The notes under the pieces: generated by a model
Told to the model about the DNA's origin: nothing
Seen by the model: the letters and a program-made list of their open reading frames with translations, nothing else
Database searches by the model: none
Part shown: positions 27,980 to 38,846 of the stretch, in pieces
Layout of the letters: every line of letters begins with the position of its first letter
Numbering within the stretch: position 1 is the stretch's first letter
Program-made: the position numbers and the translations under genes
Assembly: GCA_028282585.1 (NCBI GenBank)
Contig: JANQHR010000151.1
Coordinates: 1 to 57,905, forward strand
Source of the DNA: Bacteroidales bacterium
GTDB taxonomy: Bacteria > Bacteroidota > Bacteroidia > Bacteroidales > UBA12077
Length of the DNA: 57,905 nt
Reading direction: 5' to 3'

Positions 27980-28654
27980 ATGACCAAATTTTTCACTTCA
28001 TCCATTGGACAAAAATTTTTCATGAGTATAACAGGATTATTTCTCATGCTGTTTTTAATTGTCCACTTAACAATAAATTCTTTATTGCTTTTTGGGGATG
28101 GTACTTTATTTAATCAGGCTGCAAATTTCATGGGCAGCAATCCGGTTATGAAAGTCATTGAACCCATATTAGGGTTGGGATTTATTTTGCATATTATTTA
28201 TGCAGCTTACATTACACTAAAAAACGTGAAGGCAAGGCCAAAGGGATACAAGGTTACGACTAAAACTAAGGTATCATGGGCTTCAAAAAACATGTTTATT
28301 TTAGGAGTTTTGATTTTCATCTTCTTAGTTATTCACCTGGCTAACTTTTTCTGGAAAGTAAAGTTCGGTAACATTGAAACTATAATGGTAGAAGGAAAAG
28401 AAATACATGACCTATATGCTCTAGTCGCTGGGTTGTTCAAAGGTTGGTGGTGGTATAATGTTATTTATATTGTTGGAGTGATCTTTCTTTTCTTGCATCT
28501 TACGCACGGATTTTGGTCTGCTTTCCAAACGATTGGTTGGGACAATGAAAAATGGATGCCAAGGTTAAAGGTAATCGGGTACATTTATTCAATCATTATA
28601 TGCGGTGGATTTGCTTTTATCCCTATGTATTTTCTTATAAAATACGTTGTATAA
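27980..28654 (+). CDS. sdhC: Succinate dehydrogenase/fumarate reductase cytochrome b subunit
   Basis: SSIGQKFFMSITGLFL..FL..HL, HL.HGFWSAFQTIG; five TMs. Start moved to ATG 27980. Confidence 0.93.
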   Translation: MTKFFTSSIGQKFFMSITGLFLMLFLIVHLTINSLLLFGDGTLFNQAANFMGSNPVMKVIEPILGLGFILHIIYAAYITLKNVKARPKGYKVTTKTKVSWASKNMFILGVLIFIFLVIHLANFFWKVKFGNIETIMVEGKEIHDLYALVAGLFKGWWWYNVIYIVGVIFLFLHLTHGFWSAFQTIGWDNEKWMPRLKVIGYIYSIIICGGFAFIPMYFLIKYVV

Positions 28655-28728
28655 ATTAATTTAAATAAAAACTGGCCTGCTGGTTTATCCGCCAAAGCGT
28701 TCGACAAGCAGGTTGTAAAATATACACT

Positions 28729-30648
28729 ATGAGTAAATTAGATGCTAAAATACCAGAAGGCCCTTTAGCCGAAAAATGGTCAAGATATAAAGCTACACAA
28801 AAACTTGTTAGTCCAAACAATAGAAAAAAACTTGATATAATTGTTGTTGGAACTGGAATTGCTGGAGCACCGGTTGCTGCTTCTTTTGCAGAGATGGGTT
28901 ATAATGTAAAAGCTTTTTGTTTTCAGGATTCTCCCCGCCGAGCTCACTCAGTAGCTGCTCAAGGTGGAATTAATGCTGCAAGAAATAATAAAAACGATGG
29001 AGATAGTGCTTATCGTTTATTTTATGACACGATAAAGGGTGGAGATTACCGTGCTCGCGAAGCAAACGTTTATCGTCTTGCTGAGGTAAGTGCTAGCGTT
29101 ATAGATCAGCTTACTGCACAAGGAGTTCCATTTGCACGCGAATATGGAGGAACATTAGCTAACAGAACGTTTGGTGGTGTTCAGGTATCACGAACAAATT
29201 ATGCGCAAGGACAAACCGGCCAGCAAGTTCTTTTAGGAGGATACTCTGCACTAAAACGTCAGGTTGGTTTAGGGAAAGTTAAAATGTATGCGCGTCGGCA
29301 AATGCTTGATATAGTTATTATTGATGGTAAAGCACGAGGAATTGTCACAAGAAACCTGGTTACCGGTGAAATTGAGCGATATGCTGCGCATTGTGTGGTT
29401 TTAGCAACGGGTGGATACGGAACTATCTATTACTTATCAACCCTTGCTGTACAATCAAATGCTTCAGCAGCTATGCAGGCATATAGAAAAGGAGCCTTAT
29501 TTGGAAATCCTAGTTTTATTCAAATTCATCCAACCTGTATTCCGGTACTGAACGAATATCAATCTAAGTTAACCTTAATGTCAGAATCATTAAGAAACGA
29601 TGGTAGAATTTGGGTACCTAAAAAAGAAGGAGATAAGCGCAAACCTAAAGAGATTCCGGATGCAGAGAGAGATTATTTTTTAGAGCGCCGTTATCCTGCG
29701 TTTGGAAACTTGGTTCCGCGTGATGTTGCATCTCGTGCAGCTAAAGAACGATGCGATAATGGTTTCGGTGTAGGTAAAACCGGATTAGCTGTTTATCTTG
29801 ATTTTAGGGATGCAGTAGCCAAACAAGGTAAAAAGGTTATTAAGAATAAATATGGAAACTTATTCGCCATGTACGAAAAAATTACAGGTGATAGTCCATA
29901 TGAAACACCAATGATGATTTATCCAGCTGGACATTATACAATGGGAGGTCTTTGGGTTGATTATAACCTACAAACCACAATTCCAGGATTATTTGCAATT
30001 GGTGAAGCAAACTTCTCAGATCATGGAGCAAACAGGTTAGGTGCAAATTCATTACTACAAGGAGCGGCCGATGGTTATTTTGTTGCACCTTATACAGTTT
30101 CAAATTATTTAGCTGATGAAATTACGACAAAGGTTCCATCAACAGATTCTCCTGAGTTTGTTGAAGCAGAGAATAACGCAAAAGTAATTCTCGAAAAATT
30201 CTTAAACATTAACGGAACCAAAACAGCTACTTCATTCCATAAACGATTAGGTAATATCATGTGGACACATGCTGGAATGCAACGTAATGAAGAAGGATTA
30301 AAGAAAGCTCTAGTTGAAATTGATGAACTTAAAAAAGAATTCTGGAGTGATTTGAAGATACCTGGTAAAATGGATGAAATCAATCAGGAACTTGAGAAAG
30401 CAAGCAGAGTTGCAGACTTTATTGATTTAGCCAAATTAATAGTTACTGATGCATTAAATAGAAAAGAATCTTGTGGTGGTCACTATCGCGAAGAAAGTAG
30501 AACAGAAGGTGGCGAAGCAATGCGAATTGATGAAGAATACTCTTATGTGGCTGCTTGGGAATATCAAGGAGACGATAAGGAGCCAACACTTCATAAAGAA
30601 GAACTGAAGTTCGAAAATGTTGAGGTTAAAGTAAGAAGTTATAAATAG
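28729..30648 (+). CDS. sdhA: Succinate dehydrogenase/fumarate reductase flavoprotein
   Basis: [48 protein letters not shown]. Confidence 0.96.
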   Translation: MSKLDAKIPEGPLAEKWSRYKATQKLVSPNNRKKLDIIVVGTGIAGAPVAASFAEMGYNVKAFCFQDSPRRAHSVAAQGGINAARNNKNDGDSAYRLFYDTIKGGDYRAREANVYRLAEVSASVIDQLTAQGVPFAREYGGTLANRTFGGVQVSRTNYAQGQTGQQVLLGGYSALKRQVGLGKVKMYARRQMLDIVIIDGKARGIVTRNLVTGEIERYAAHCVVLATGGYGTIYYLSTLAVQSNASAAMQAYRKGALFGNPSFIQIHPTCIPVLNEYQSKLTLMSESLRNDGRIWVPKKEGDKRKPKEIPDAERDYFLERRYPAFGNLVPRDVASRAAKERCDNGFGVGKTGLAVYLDFRDAVAKQGKKVIKNKYGNLFAMYEKITGDSPYETPMMIYPAGHYTMGGLWVDYNLQTTIPGLFAIGEANFSDHGANRLGANSLLQGAADGYFVAPYTVSNYLADEITTKVPSTDSPEFVEAENNAKVILEKFLNINGTKTATSFHKRLGNIMWTHAGMQRNEEGLKKALVEIDELKKEFWSDLKIPGKMDEINQELEKASRVADFIDLAKLIVTDALNRKESCGGHYREESRTEGGEAMRIDEEYSYVAAWEYQGDDKEPTLHKEELKFENVEVKVRSYK

Positions 30649-30719
30649 TATTGAGATGTAAACTGTAAGATTTGAGAAAATGAATCTTTGATACTAATTA
30701 CTAAAATCTAAAATCTAAA
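30646..30719. repeat. Heptamer-periodic inverted-arm element without cargo gene
   Basis: TAGTATT GAGATGT AAACTGT AAGATTT GAGAAAA, then TACTAAT TACTAAA ATCTAAA ATCTAAA; resembles the arms at 46582-47007. Confidence 0.6.
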
Positions 30720-30723
30720 GAAG

Positions 30724-31473
30724 ATGAAAATAAAACTAAATATTTGGAAACAAGCAAATGCTAAAGCTAAAGGAAGATTTGAAAAGTATGAATTGGATGG
30801 TGTTGATGCAGAAATGTCTTTCCTTGAGATGTTAGATTCGCTAAATGAAAAATTAATTAAAGAAGGTAAGGAACCGGTAGCTTTTGAGCACGATTGTCAT
30901 GAAGCGATTTGTGGATGCTGTAGCTTATATATAAACGGGTATCCTCATGGGCCAGGAAAAGAAGTTGCTACTTGCCAGGTACATATGCGATCGTTTAAAG
31001 ATGGTGAGACAATAACTGTTGAACCATGGAGAGCTAAAGGTTTTCCTGTAATGAAAGATTTAATGGTTGATCGTGACGCTTTTGATAAAATTATGGCTGC
31101 CGGCGGATTTGTCTCCATTGATGCCGGACAGGCTCCTGATGCAAATTCAATCTTGGTAGGTAAAGTGGATGCGGATAAGGCATTTGATGCTGCTGCTTGT
31201 ATTGGTTGCGGAGCATGTGTTGCCGCATGTAAAAATTCTTCAGCAATGTTGTTTGTTGCAGCCAAAGTTTCCCAATTGGCATTATTGCCTCAAGGTAAAG
31301 TTGAGGCAAAAAGAAGAGCACTTAGTATGGTTGCAAAGATGGACGAGTTAGGGTTTGGCAGCTGCACAAACACAGGAGCTTGCGAAATCGAATGCCCAAA
31401 AAGTATCGGGATTGACTTTATTGCAAAGTTGAACCGAGAATATTTAAGTGCATCTTTCTCAGAATCTGAGTAA
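30724..31473 (+). CDS. sdhB: Succinate dehydrogenase/fumarate reductase iron-sulfur subunit
   Basis: [32 protein letters not shown]. Confidence 0.96.
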   Translation: MKIKLNIWKQANAKAKGRFEKYELDGVDAEMSFLEMLDSLNEKLIKEGKEPVAFEHDCHEAICGCCSLYINGYPHGPGKEVATCQVHMRSFKDGETITVEPWRAKGFPVMKDLMVDRDAFDKIMAAGGFVSIDAGQAPDANSILVGKVDADKAFDAAACIGCGACVAACKNSSAMLFVAAKVSQLALLPQGKVEAKRRALSMVAKMDELGFGSCTNTGACEIECPKSIGIDFIAKLNREYLSASFSESE

Positions 31474-31494
31474 TCTTTAATTTTGAAATAACTC

Positions 31495-31526
31495 AACCTG
31501 TCTAAAAATATTTAGGCAGGTTTTTT
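31495..31526 (+). terminator. Terminator of the sdh operon
   Basis: AACCTGTCTAAA-aata-TTTAGGCAGGTT-TTTT. Confidence 0.8.
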
Positions 31527-31658
31527 GTTTTATAAGTATAGAATTAAGATTGATTAAATATCCTTTTTATGTAATATGAGTTACTTAAATAAATTGATTT
31601 TCTTCACATCTTTTAAGGATGGGACAAATGAAGAAAATCATATAATATGTTTATACAA

Positions 31659-32390
31659 ATGAAAAAAACATTATTATTTCTAATTCTTCTAACGGCTTCT
31701 AGTTTGTTTGCACAGGAAAAAAAGTATTATGGCATAAAAGAATTAACAGAACTTCTAAACATAGAAGTGCAAAATGAAATTAATTATGTTCGGCAAAATC
31801 CGCATAAATATCACATCATTATTGAAAAATCTGGAAGATTAGATCCGTTAAGATATGAGGTTACACCAAATGGAACATGGTTTATACGTGAAAGAAGCGA
31901 ATACTTTGTTGCAAGAGTAACCACACATGAGGGCATTTCGGCTTATCAAGAAGCTAGTAATTTCTTGCTAAAACAGAAAGAAATGAAGCCTTATAAATAT
32001 GATAAAGGGCTAAAATTAGAAGCCAAAAAGCAGTGCGAGTATATTCAGGAAATTGGAATTTTGACTCATGCACGTCCGCATGGAAACGGATTAGACTATG
32101 TGCAGAATCTAAAAGGTAATGGACTAAAGATGGTGGGAGAGGTATTAGCAAAACTAGAAAATAAAATAACTCCAGGACGATATTCTGAAAATGAAATAAA
32201 AGATTCAATTCAGGATATTGCTCAGGAAATTGTTTTAGGATGGATAGTAGATGACGGAATTTTAGACAGAGGACACAGAAAAGGACTTTTTCATGAGTTA
32301 CATAATTATTTTGGAGCTTATTGCTTGATAACTGTGAAAGGAACAGTAATTTGTGCTGTAGAATTTTCTACCTTACCTATGGAACATTAA
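31659..32390 (+). CDS. Secreted CAP/SCP-domain protein
   Basis: Signal peptide MKKTLL..LFA-Q; EINYVRQNP, LTH, IVLGWIVDDG..DRGHRK. Confidence 0.7.
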   Translation: MKKTLLFLILLTASSLFAQEKKYYGIKELTELLNIEVQNEINYVRQNPHKYHIIIEKSGRLDPLRYEVTPNGTWFIRERSEYFVARVTTHEGISAYQEASNFLLKQKEMKPYKYDKGLKLEAKKQCEYIQEIGILTHARPHGNGLDYVQNLKGNGLKMVGEVLAKLENKITPGRYSENEIKDSIQDIAQEIVLGWIVDDGILDRGHRKGLFHELHNYFGAYCLITVKGTVICAVEFSTLPMEH

Positions 32391-32401
32391 ATTTTTAAAC
32401 T

Positions 32402-33142
32402 ATGGTCCGGATATTTTATTTGATAATAATATTTATTTTTTCAGTTTCCGTGGATTCATTTAAAGATGATCAGCTTAGATATGCTAGAGTTAGAGAAGCT
32501 TATAAAGAAAAGGAATCTAATATGAAAAAGCTGCTAAATGATAATTCAATTAATAAAAATGAATTAAGAATTTATTTAAGAGCATTTAAGGAAGAAAAGA
32601 AAATAGAACTTTGGGCAAAAAATAATTCTGATTCAAAATATAAATTGGTTAAAGAATATAAGATTTGCAAAACTTCAGGTAAATTGGGTCCTAAAAGAAA
32701 ACAAGGAGATAAACAAATTCCCGAAGGATATTACCACATTAACAGGTTTAATCCGTATAGTAATTTTTATTTATCCTTGGGGATTAACTATCCAAACAAG
32801 TCGGATCGAATATTAGGTGACAAAAATAATTTAGGAGGAGATATTTTTATTCACGGATCATGTGTTACTATTGGATGTTTACCTATAACCAATGATAAAA
32901 TTAAAGAGCTGTATATTATTTGTGTTGAAGCTAAAAACAGTGGGCAGAAAACAATTCCGGTAACAATTTTTCCTGCCGAATTAACAGAATCAAATTTTAA
33001 TGGTTAAGAGCGAATATTTAGTTCCGATAATGATAAGATTAGTCTTTGGATTGACTTAAAAAAGGGATATGATACTTTCAATGAAACAAATAAATTACCA
33101 AGTATTGGATTTTTAAATACAGGAAGACATACAGTTAAATAA
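32402..33142 (+). pseudogene. L,D-transpeptidase (YkuD family) interrupted by an in-frame TAA at 33005-33007
   Basis: GPKRKQGD.QIPEG.Y, LGINYPN, GGDIFIHGSCVTIGC catalytic motif; the same frame continues 44 codons past the stop (..LWIDLKKGYDTFNETNKLP..). Confidence 0.65.
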
Positions 33143-33147
33143 TAAAA

Positions 33148-33180
33148 AAACATCCGAAATTATTAAAACTTTGGATGTTT
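33148..33180. terminator. Hairpin terminator between convergent units
   Basis: AAACATCCGAA...TTTGGATGTTT with an A run on the left, which is a U tail on the minus strand. Confidence 0.55.
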
Positions 33181-33332
33181 AACTTTACAATAATCGCTTT
33201 CAGCAACTAAAATATAATCTTCTAATATTATTTTCCACTTTATTAAATCTGGTATTTACTAAATTTAACAAACTTTTTAGTCCGACACAAAAGTAAAAGC
33301 GGGGTATCATTATAGAATCTATTTTTTATATA

Positions 33333-34364
33333 CTAAGGTATTAGAATGTATTTTGTTGAGATAGTTGCTCCGGCAAAAATACCCAAACCGTTTTCAATAT
33401 TTGAATATAACTGCGCAGGCTCACTAAAAATATCTGTTTGCGATCTTCTTTGTTTTTCAATAGCATTATAATAATTGTAATATTCTTCGCTAATGTGCAT
33501 TAGTTCTACAACCACATAATAAAAAGACTCGAATTCAACATTGTATTCCTGTATGTCAAAATTAAATTCTTTAGTCTGACCGTTAAATTCATCATCATTT
33601 AAAAGGTATCCATTAAATGCTGTAAATGAATCAGGATAATAAGTGACTCCATCTATTGTTTCATAAAACATATTATCTAACAAAAGATTTGTCATCCATA
33701 TAGAAGAATAATGTTCCTCTCTCCATAATTTTTCCATGTCAACGGTATCCATTAAAAAGAAATCACTACCATAGACAAGCGTTGCTGTAAGATAATAGTA
33801 ATTGTCATCAATTGGATCATCAAAAGTAACTTCAGCATTGTATCTTACATATGCACTTGGATCATTTTTAAGTTCAATATTAACCGGAATTAGTTCAGGA
33901 ACTTTTGTTTTTGATTTTAAATAATTAAATCTAAACATATGATCTTGATATTCTGGTAATTCTATGATTTCTATTTCATATTCCTTACCTGCCTCAGCAA
34001 TAAAATTTTCATCTGAAAAATAAGTGATTCGCTGGCTGTATACATCCTTTGAATTATAACGATTATCAATTTCTTCATAATGCATTTTAAAATTATTAAA
34101 AACTTTATTGCCATCTGAGACCGATATTTCAATATTTGAATGATATTCGTTAATATAATATGGCTGTTCGTAATATTCTACATTAAATGCATATTGTGGA
34201 AACGCTTCTAATGTTTCTACCAATACTATTTTTGGTAACTGGCCATTATATAGATGACATTCTAATACAGTCTGTGCCTTATTTAATTCAACATTGCTTT
34301 CGCATGATAACATAATACCAGTTAATAAAAAATAAAGTAGCTTAATATACTTTTGGTGTTTCAT
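33333..34364 (-). CDS. DUF4249-type lipoprotein
   Basis: Lipobox MLSC; FDDP..DNYY, D.EFNGQ, ISEEYYNY, FSEP..LYSNIENGLGIFAG. Confidence 0.8.
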   Translation of the reverse strand: MKHQKYIKLLYFLLTGIMLSCESNVELNKAQTVLECHLYNGQLPKIVLVETLEAFPQYAFNVEYYEQPYYINEYHSNIEISVSDGNKVFNNFKMHYEEIDNRYNSKDVYSQRITYFSDENFIAEAGKEYEIEIIELPEYQDHMFRFNYLKSKTKVPELIPVNIELKNDPSAYVRYNAEVTFDDPIDDNYYYLTATLVYGSDFFLMDTVDMEKLWREEHYSSIWMTNLLLDNMFYETIDGVTYYPDSFTAFNGYLLNDDEFNGQTKEFNFDIQEYNVEFESFYYVVVELMHISEEYYNYYNAIEKQRRSQTDIFSEPAQLYSNIENGLGIFAGATISTKYILIP

Positions 34365-34381
34365 TTGTATTTAGAATTTAA

Positions 34382-37087
34382 TTAAAAACTTATAGTATAG
34401 CTTAAGGAAGGGATAATGCCTATTAATTTTCTTTCATCAATATATCTTCTTGAATACCCCATTCCTCCCACTACATGAGCCCAATCTTCGTTGTAGTTTG
34501 AGACATATACATTTTTCCTGTTATATACATTATAAACTGAGAGTGTCCATTTTCTCTGTGTTTTGTTTCGTATCTTATTATAATTTATCGAAAAATCTAA
34601 TCTGTGATAATTTGGTGATTGGTATGCATTTTTTTCATTGTAAAACACTTTATCGTAACCATATGGGCCATACATTCTTCCGTCAATCCTGTTGGATGAA
34701 ATATAATAAAATGTTCCTGGTATGGTAGATTTATTTCCTGAATGAAATAACCAATTAAAGCTAAGGTTGAATTTTTCATTAATGCTATATGTCCCGGTTA
34801 TATTGAAATAATGGCGGTGATCATAAATATAAGGGAAACGTGTTCCTAAATTAATGTTTTCATATTGCCTGGTAGTATTAGATAGAGTATAGCCAAACCA
34901 ACCGGTTAGTTGACCTGTATTTTTTTCCACTAAAAGTTCAATTCCTTTGGCTTCACCACTTCCAATCTCAATCTTATCTTCCCAATTAGGAGTATCTCTA
35001 AAGTATGATGCACCTTCAGAAAAATTTATTAAGTTTTCCATTTTTTTATAATATGCATCGATATGAATGTTTACCTTTTTAAGACGTAAGTAGCTGATTC
35101 CTATAGAATATTGTTCGGACTCTTCTGACGGAGCTTTGTCTAAGGCAGAAACCAATAAATCTGATGCTTGCTTTATTCTGGTAGCTCCTAACAAATGAAT
35201 ATGCTGAGCCATTTTGCTGTATGAGGCTTTTAATATAGCGTCATTAATAAATTCCCAACTACTTGTAATACGCGGTTGTATAATTGAGCTATTATAGCTT
35301 TCATTTGTAAAATATGAATAATGCACACCAGGATTTATATTTAATGAATTCCAAAAACCAAGTTGAAATTCAAGATGTCCGGAATGTTCGGTTGTTTTGT
35401 ACTCATATGAAGCAAAAACAGTATCATTTATTAAATGTGAGTTAGGAATAAGATTTTCTTTATAACTAGACCTCTGCTTATTTTCCGAAGAATAATTTAG
35501 TATTTTATAAGAATAACCTGAAGATATTTTGGCTTGTGGAAATATCTGGTATTGAATACTAGCCATTCCAGTATAATTAATAACATTGTTATTTAAATCC
35601 GTATTTACCGATGAATGATTAGTATCAACAGGAGATCTATAATAGCTAGAGTCTTTAACATAACCAGAGTAACTATATTGACTGGTTGAAATTTGTATAT
35701 TACCAAATATTTTTTTCGAAATTTTTCCAGCCCAACCAAAAGAGCCTATAATATTGTTCCAATTTTGACCGTCAGTAAATTCTGAAAAATCATAAGTCAT
35801 ATCAACTGGATCTTCGCTTTCTGAGAATTTTATTTCCTCACCTTTATCATTGCCAGTATAAACTGAAAGGTAAAGATTCTGATTTTCATTTAATCGATGT
35901 GTTATTTTTGCATTAAAGTCTCCAAAGTTATAGTTACTAATGTTATTTTCACTTCCTATCTCCTTTGGTAATAATTCTCCATATATATAATAATACCCTA
36001 ATCGGCCGGCAACAGCAAAGCTAGTTTTATCTTTGATTAAAGGACCTTCTAAAAATAGTTTTGATGAAATAAGTCCTAAACTAACCTTTCCTTTAAGCTC
36101 TTTCATGTTTCCATCTTTCGTTTTTACATCAACCACGGAAGATAGTCTTCCACCATAACGTGCCGGAAAGCCACTTTTTATAACTTGGGTATTTCCTATT
36201 ATATCGGAATTAAAAACAGAGAATAAACCCAATAAATGAAAGCAATTATAAATGGGAACATTGTCCAATAGAAAAAGATTTTGTAATGGACCTCCTCCTC
36301 GTACATAAATTGCACCATTGGCTTCGGATCCTCCCTGTATTCCAGGAATTAGTTGAATGGATTTTAATAGATCTTGTTCCCCCATGATTACCGGAAGGCT
36401 TTCAATTTTTTCCGGTGCAATAGTTATTTTACCTAAAGGATCCTCTTTTTTTATAATCTCTTTTCTTTCATTGCCGACTATTACAATTTCTTCAAGCTCA
36501 ATATTTGGTTCAAGGTTTATTGATAACTTTATATTGCGATCTAATAAAATGTGTTTTTCTATTGGATTCCTTCCGATGAAAGAATAAACCAAAGTATATG
36601 CGCCTTCAGGAAGGCTTAAACTATAATGACCAAATTGATTACTTACTGTACCCTTAAAACTCTCTTTATCGAAAATATTTGCTTGAAAAAGAGCTTCTCC
36701 GGTATTGTCATCTCTAATAAATCCACTTATGGTATACCTTTTTAGATTTCTCTTTTTGATAAGAATTATTTGCTCCTCCACAATTTTATAGCTAATACCC
36801 GTGCCTCGCAATAAATAAGAGAGAATATCGTCAATGCTTGCATTTTGGAATTCTTTAGTAAATTTAATTTCTGTTGGTATTAATTTCTTTGAAAAAGCAA
36901 ACGAATATCCGGATTCTTTTGAGATTATATCAAAAGCTTCTAAGAGGGAATGATCCTTTAATTTGATGGAAATGGAATCTCTTAAGGCATTATTACTCGC
37001 CTGTGCATTTTTCAAGAAAAATATACTGTTTAGAAGAAGAAATAAGATAACATGGATTTTAATTATTTTGACCTTTGGTTTGTTCAT
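34382..37087 (-). CDS. TonB-dependent receptor with N-terminal STN signalling extension
   Basis: STN-like L..AF..IS..SGYSF, SN.FGHYSL, GE.DLLKSIQLIPG, GFPARYGGRLSSV.D, YHRLD, YNVYNRKN, PSLSYTISF. Start moved to ATG 37087. Confidence 0.88.
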   Translation of the reverse strand: MNKPKVKIIKIHVILFLLLNSIFFLKNAQASNNALRDSISIKLKDHSLLEAFDIISKESGYSFAFSKKLIPTEIKFTKEFQNASIDDILSYLLRGTGISYKIVEEQIILIKKRNLKRYTISGFIRDDNTGEALFQANIFDKESFKGTVSNQFGHYSLSLPEGAYTLVYSFIGRNPIEKHILLDRNIKLSINLEPNIELEEIVIVGNERKEIIKKEDPLGKITIAPEKIESLPVIMGEQDLLKSIQLIPGIQGGSEANGAIYVRGGGPLQNLFLLDNVPIYNCFHLLGLFSVFNSDIIGNTQVIKSGFPARYGGRLSSVVDVKTKDGNMKELKGKVSLGLISSKLFLEGPLIKDKTSFAVAGRLGYYYIYGELLPKEIGSENNISNYNFGDFNAKITHRLNENQNLYLSVYTGNDKGEEIKFSESEDPVDMTYDFSEFTDGQNWNNIIGSFGWAGKISKKIFGNIQISTSQYSYSGYVKDSSYYRSPVDTNHSSVNTDLNNNVINYTGMASIQYQIFPQAKISSGYSYKILNYSSENKQRSSYKENLIPNSHLINDTVFASYEYKTTEHSGHLEFQLGFWNSLNINPGVHYSYFTNESYNSSIIQPRITSSWEFINDAILKASYSKMAQHIHLLGATRIKQASDLLVSALDKAPSEESEQYSIGISYLRLKKVNIHIDAYYKKMENLINFSEGASYFRDTPNWEDKIEIGSGEAKGIELLVEKNTGQLTGWFGYTLSNTTRQYENINLGTRFPYIYDHRHYFNITGTYSINEKFNLSFNWLFHSGNKSTIPGTFYYISSNRIDGRMYGPYGYDKVFYNEKNAYQSPNYHRLDFSINYNKIRNKTQRKWTLSVYNVYNRKNVYVSNYNEDWAHVVGGMGYSRRYIDERKLIGIIPSLSYTISF

Positions 37088-38072
37088 TTTTAACTTCCAG
37101 TAATTTAATGTAATCATCGGTTTTTTGTATTTCTAGTTCAAAAGTTATTGCAATAACTTTTAATATTTTATCTAATGATTGGCCTTTGAATTGCGCTGTA
37201 AATCGAATTTGTTGTATATTCTCATTTTCGAACCTAATTTCTGTATTATATACTCTTTTAAGAATTGCGGCAATTTCTTCAAGAGTTAGGTCGTCAAATG
37301 TTAATTCTTTAGTTTTCCATGCAATAAAATTTTCAGTTTTGTTCTTTTTCTTAGATAATTTCTTATTGATTTTATTGTAATGAATTTGTTCTCCTTTTTT
37401 TACAATAACGCTACCTTTTATATTTTCAGAAAAGAATTCCACTTCGCCCGTTTTTACAAAAAGAGAAAGTAAACTATCATTTTTATATGAAGAAATATTG
37501 AAAGAGGTTCCTAAAACCTTGAAGCTACCTTGCTCGGTGTGAATAATAAAAGGTTTGCTTTTCATTTTTTCAATATCAAAAAAGGCTTCACCATTTAACC
37601 GCAATTCACGATTTTTTCTGATAAATTTTTTATTATATTTTATTTCGGTTTGATAGTTTAAGTCTACTTCGCTATTATCTGGTAGTTTATAAGCTATGAT
37701 AGAATTATTGGTTGTAGAAAGAGTAGCCTCTTTCGGGGATCGGATGTTTTTACTGAAATAAAATATCAAAAGTAAACTGGCAGCTGCAGAAATAGCCCAG
37801 GATAACGTACGCTTGAGTTTAACAACTTTAGTATGCTTTTGAACCGTTTTGGATTTAACGATTTCCCATGCATAATTTGTATCAGCAGAATAAAAGTGGG
37901 ATAAGTTTCCTGTTTTTAACCAAATTTCTTTTATTTTATTAAAAAAGGATGAATTTGAGTCATTTTGGTTTAACCAATTTTCAAATTCTGCTTTTTGGTT
38001 TTCTGAGGCTTTATCAGTTAATATATCACTAATTAAATCCCAGTTTACATTATGTAAATCTTCTTTTTTCAT
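37059..38072 (-). CDS. FecR family anti-sigma factor
   Basis: E..EFENWL, single TM, LPDNSEV.LN, R..RL.GEAFF, VLGTSFNI, AWK...L.FD. Confidence 0.9.
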   Translation of the reverse strand: MKKEDLHNVNWDLISDILTDKASENQKAEFENWLNQNDSNSSFFNKIKEIWLKTGNLSHFYSADTNYAWEIVKSKTVQKHTKVVKLKRTLSWAISAAASLLLIFYFSKNIRSPKEATLSTTNNSIIAYKLPDNSEVDLNYQTEIKYNKKFIRKNRELRLNGEAFFDIEKMKSKPFIIHTEQGSFKVLGTSFNISSYKNDSLLSLFVKTGEVEFFSENIKGSVIVKKGEQIHYNKINKKLSKKKNKTENFIAWKTKELTFDDLTLEEIAAILKRVYNTEIRFENENIQQIRFTAQFKGQSLDKILKVIAITFELEIQKTDDYIKLLEVKNEQTKGQNN

Positions 38073-38121
38073 ATCCTTTTGTTATTAATACACCCTTGAT
38101 TGAAAAAGGGCCTATGCATTT

Positions 38122-38691
38122 TTAAAATTTATTGCTGAATAATTTTAAGATGCTGATGACCAATAAAATATCTAAATGGGAAAGATCTGTTTTTAAGTGT
38201 TTTAGTGCTTTGCCTATTTGGTTTTTCACGGTTTTTATTGCTATACCTAGTTCTTCTGCAATTTCTTTGTGCTTTAAACCGTGCATACGGCTCATAATAA
38301 AAATACGTTTACATTGGTGAGGTAATTTATCAATAGAATTATAAATAAGAACTAATTTGTCATTGGTTTCATCAGTAATTATTTCTTCAAATGATTCTTC
38401 AAGTTCAAATTCTTTGTGGTGTTCATGCTTTACATTTAGATGACGGATATAATTGAGGCACTTGTTTTTTGCAGCTCTGTATAAGTAAGGCGAGGGTTGT
38501 TGAGGGCGAAGGTTTTTTCTATTTTCCCAAATGTTTACAAATACTTCTTGAATTAGCCCATTAGCCAAATCTCTGTCGTTAACATATTTGATACAAAAAC
38601 TTACTAAAGGCTCATAATACATCCTAAAAAGTATTTCAAATGCCTTTTCATCTGAAGCTTTAATTAATTCAAATAAATTCTTTTCTGTCAT
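38122..38691 (-). CDS. ECF sigma-70 factor (Bacteroidota expansion family)
   Basis: DEKAFE.LF..YY..L, QEVFVNIWE, YLY...KNKCLN, I..LP..CK.IF.MSR..GLK..EIAE.LGI..KTVKNQI.KA. Confidence 0.92.
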   Translation of the reverse strand: MTEKNLFELIKASDEKAFEILFRMYYEPLVSFCIKYVNDRDLANGLIQEVFVNIWENRKNLRPQQPSPYLYRAAKNKCLNYIRHLNVKHEHHKEFELEESFEEIITDETNDKLVLIYNSIDKLPHQCKRIFIMSRMHGLKHKEIAEELGIAIKTVKNQIGKALKHLKTDLSHLDILLVISILKLFSNKF

Positions 38692-38794
38692 TGTTTTTAT
38701 TTACTTCAAGAATTAAAATGAATATTAAATGATTTTGGCCTCTAAATTACTACTTTTCAGAATACATAAAATCAAACTTAATTTTGTATAAAAT

Positions 38795-38826
38795 AAAAAA
38801 CCAGGTAGCTTTTTACTACCTGGTTT
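38795..38826 (-). terminator. Terminator of the second aminopeptidase P
   Basis: AAACCAGGTAG-loop-CTACCTGGTTT plus T tail on the minus strand. Confidence 0.8.
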
Positions 38827-38846
38827 GCAAACATATAAAATTGACA

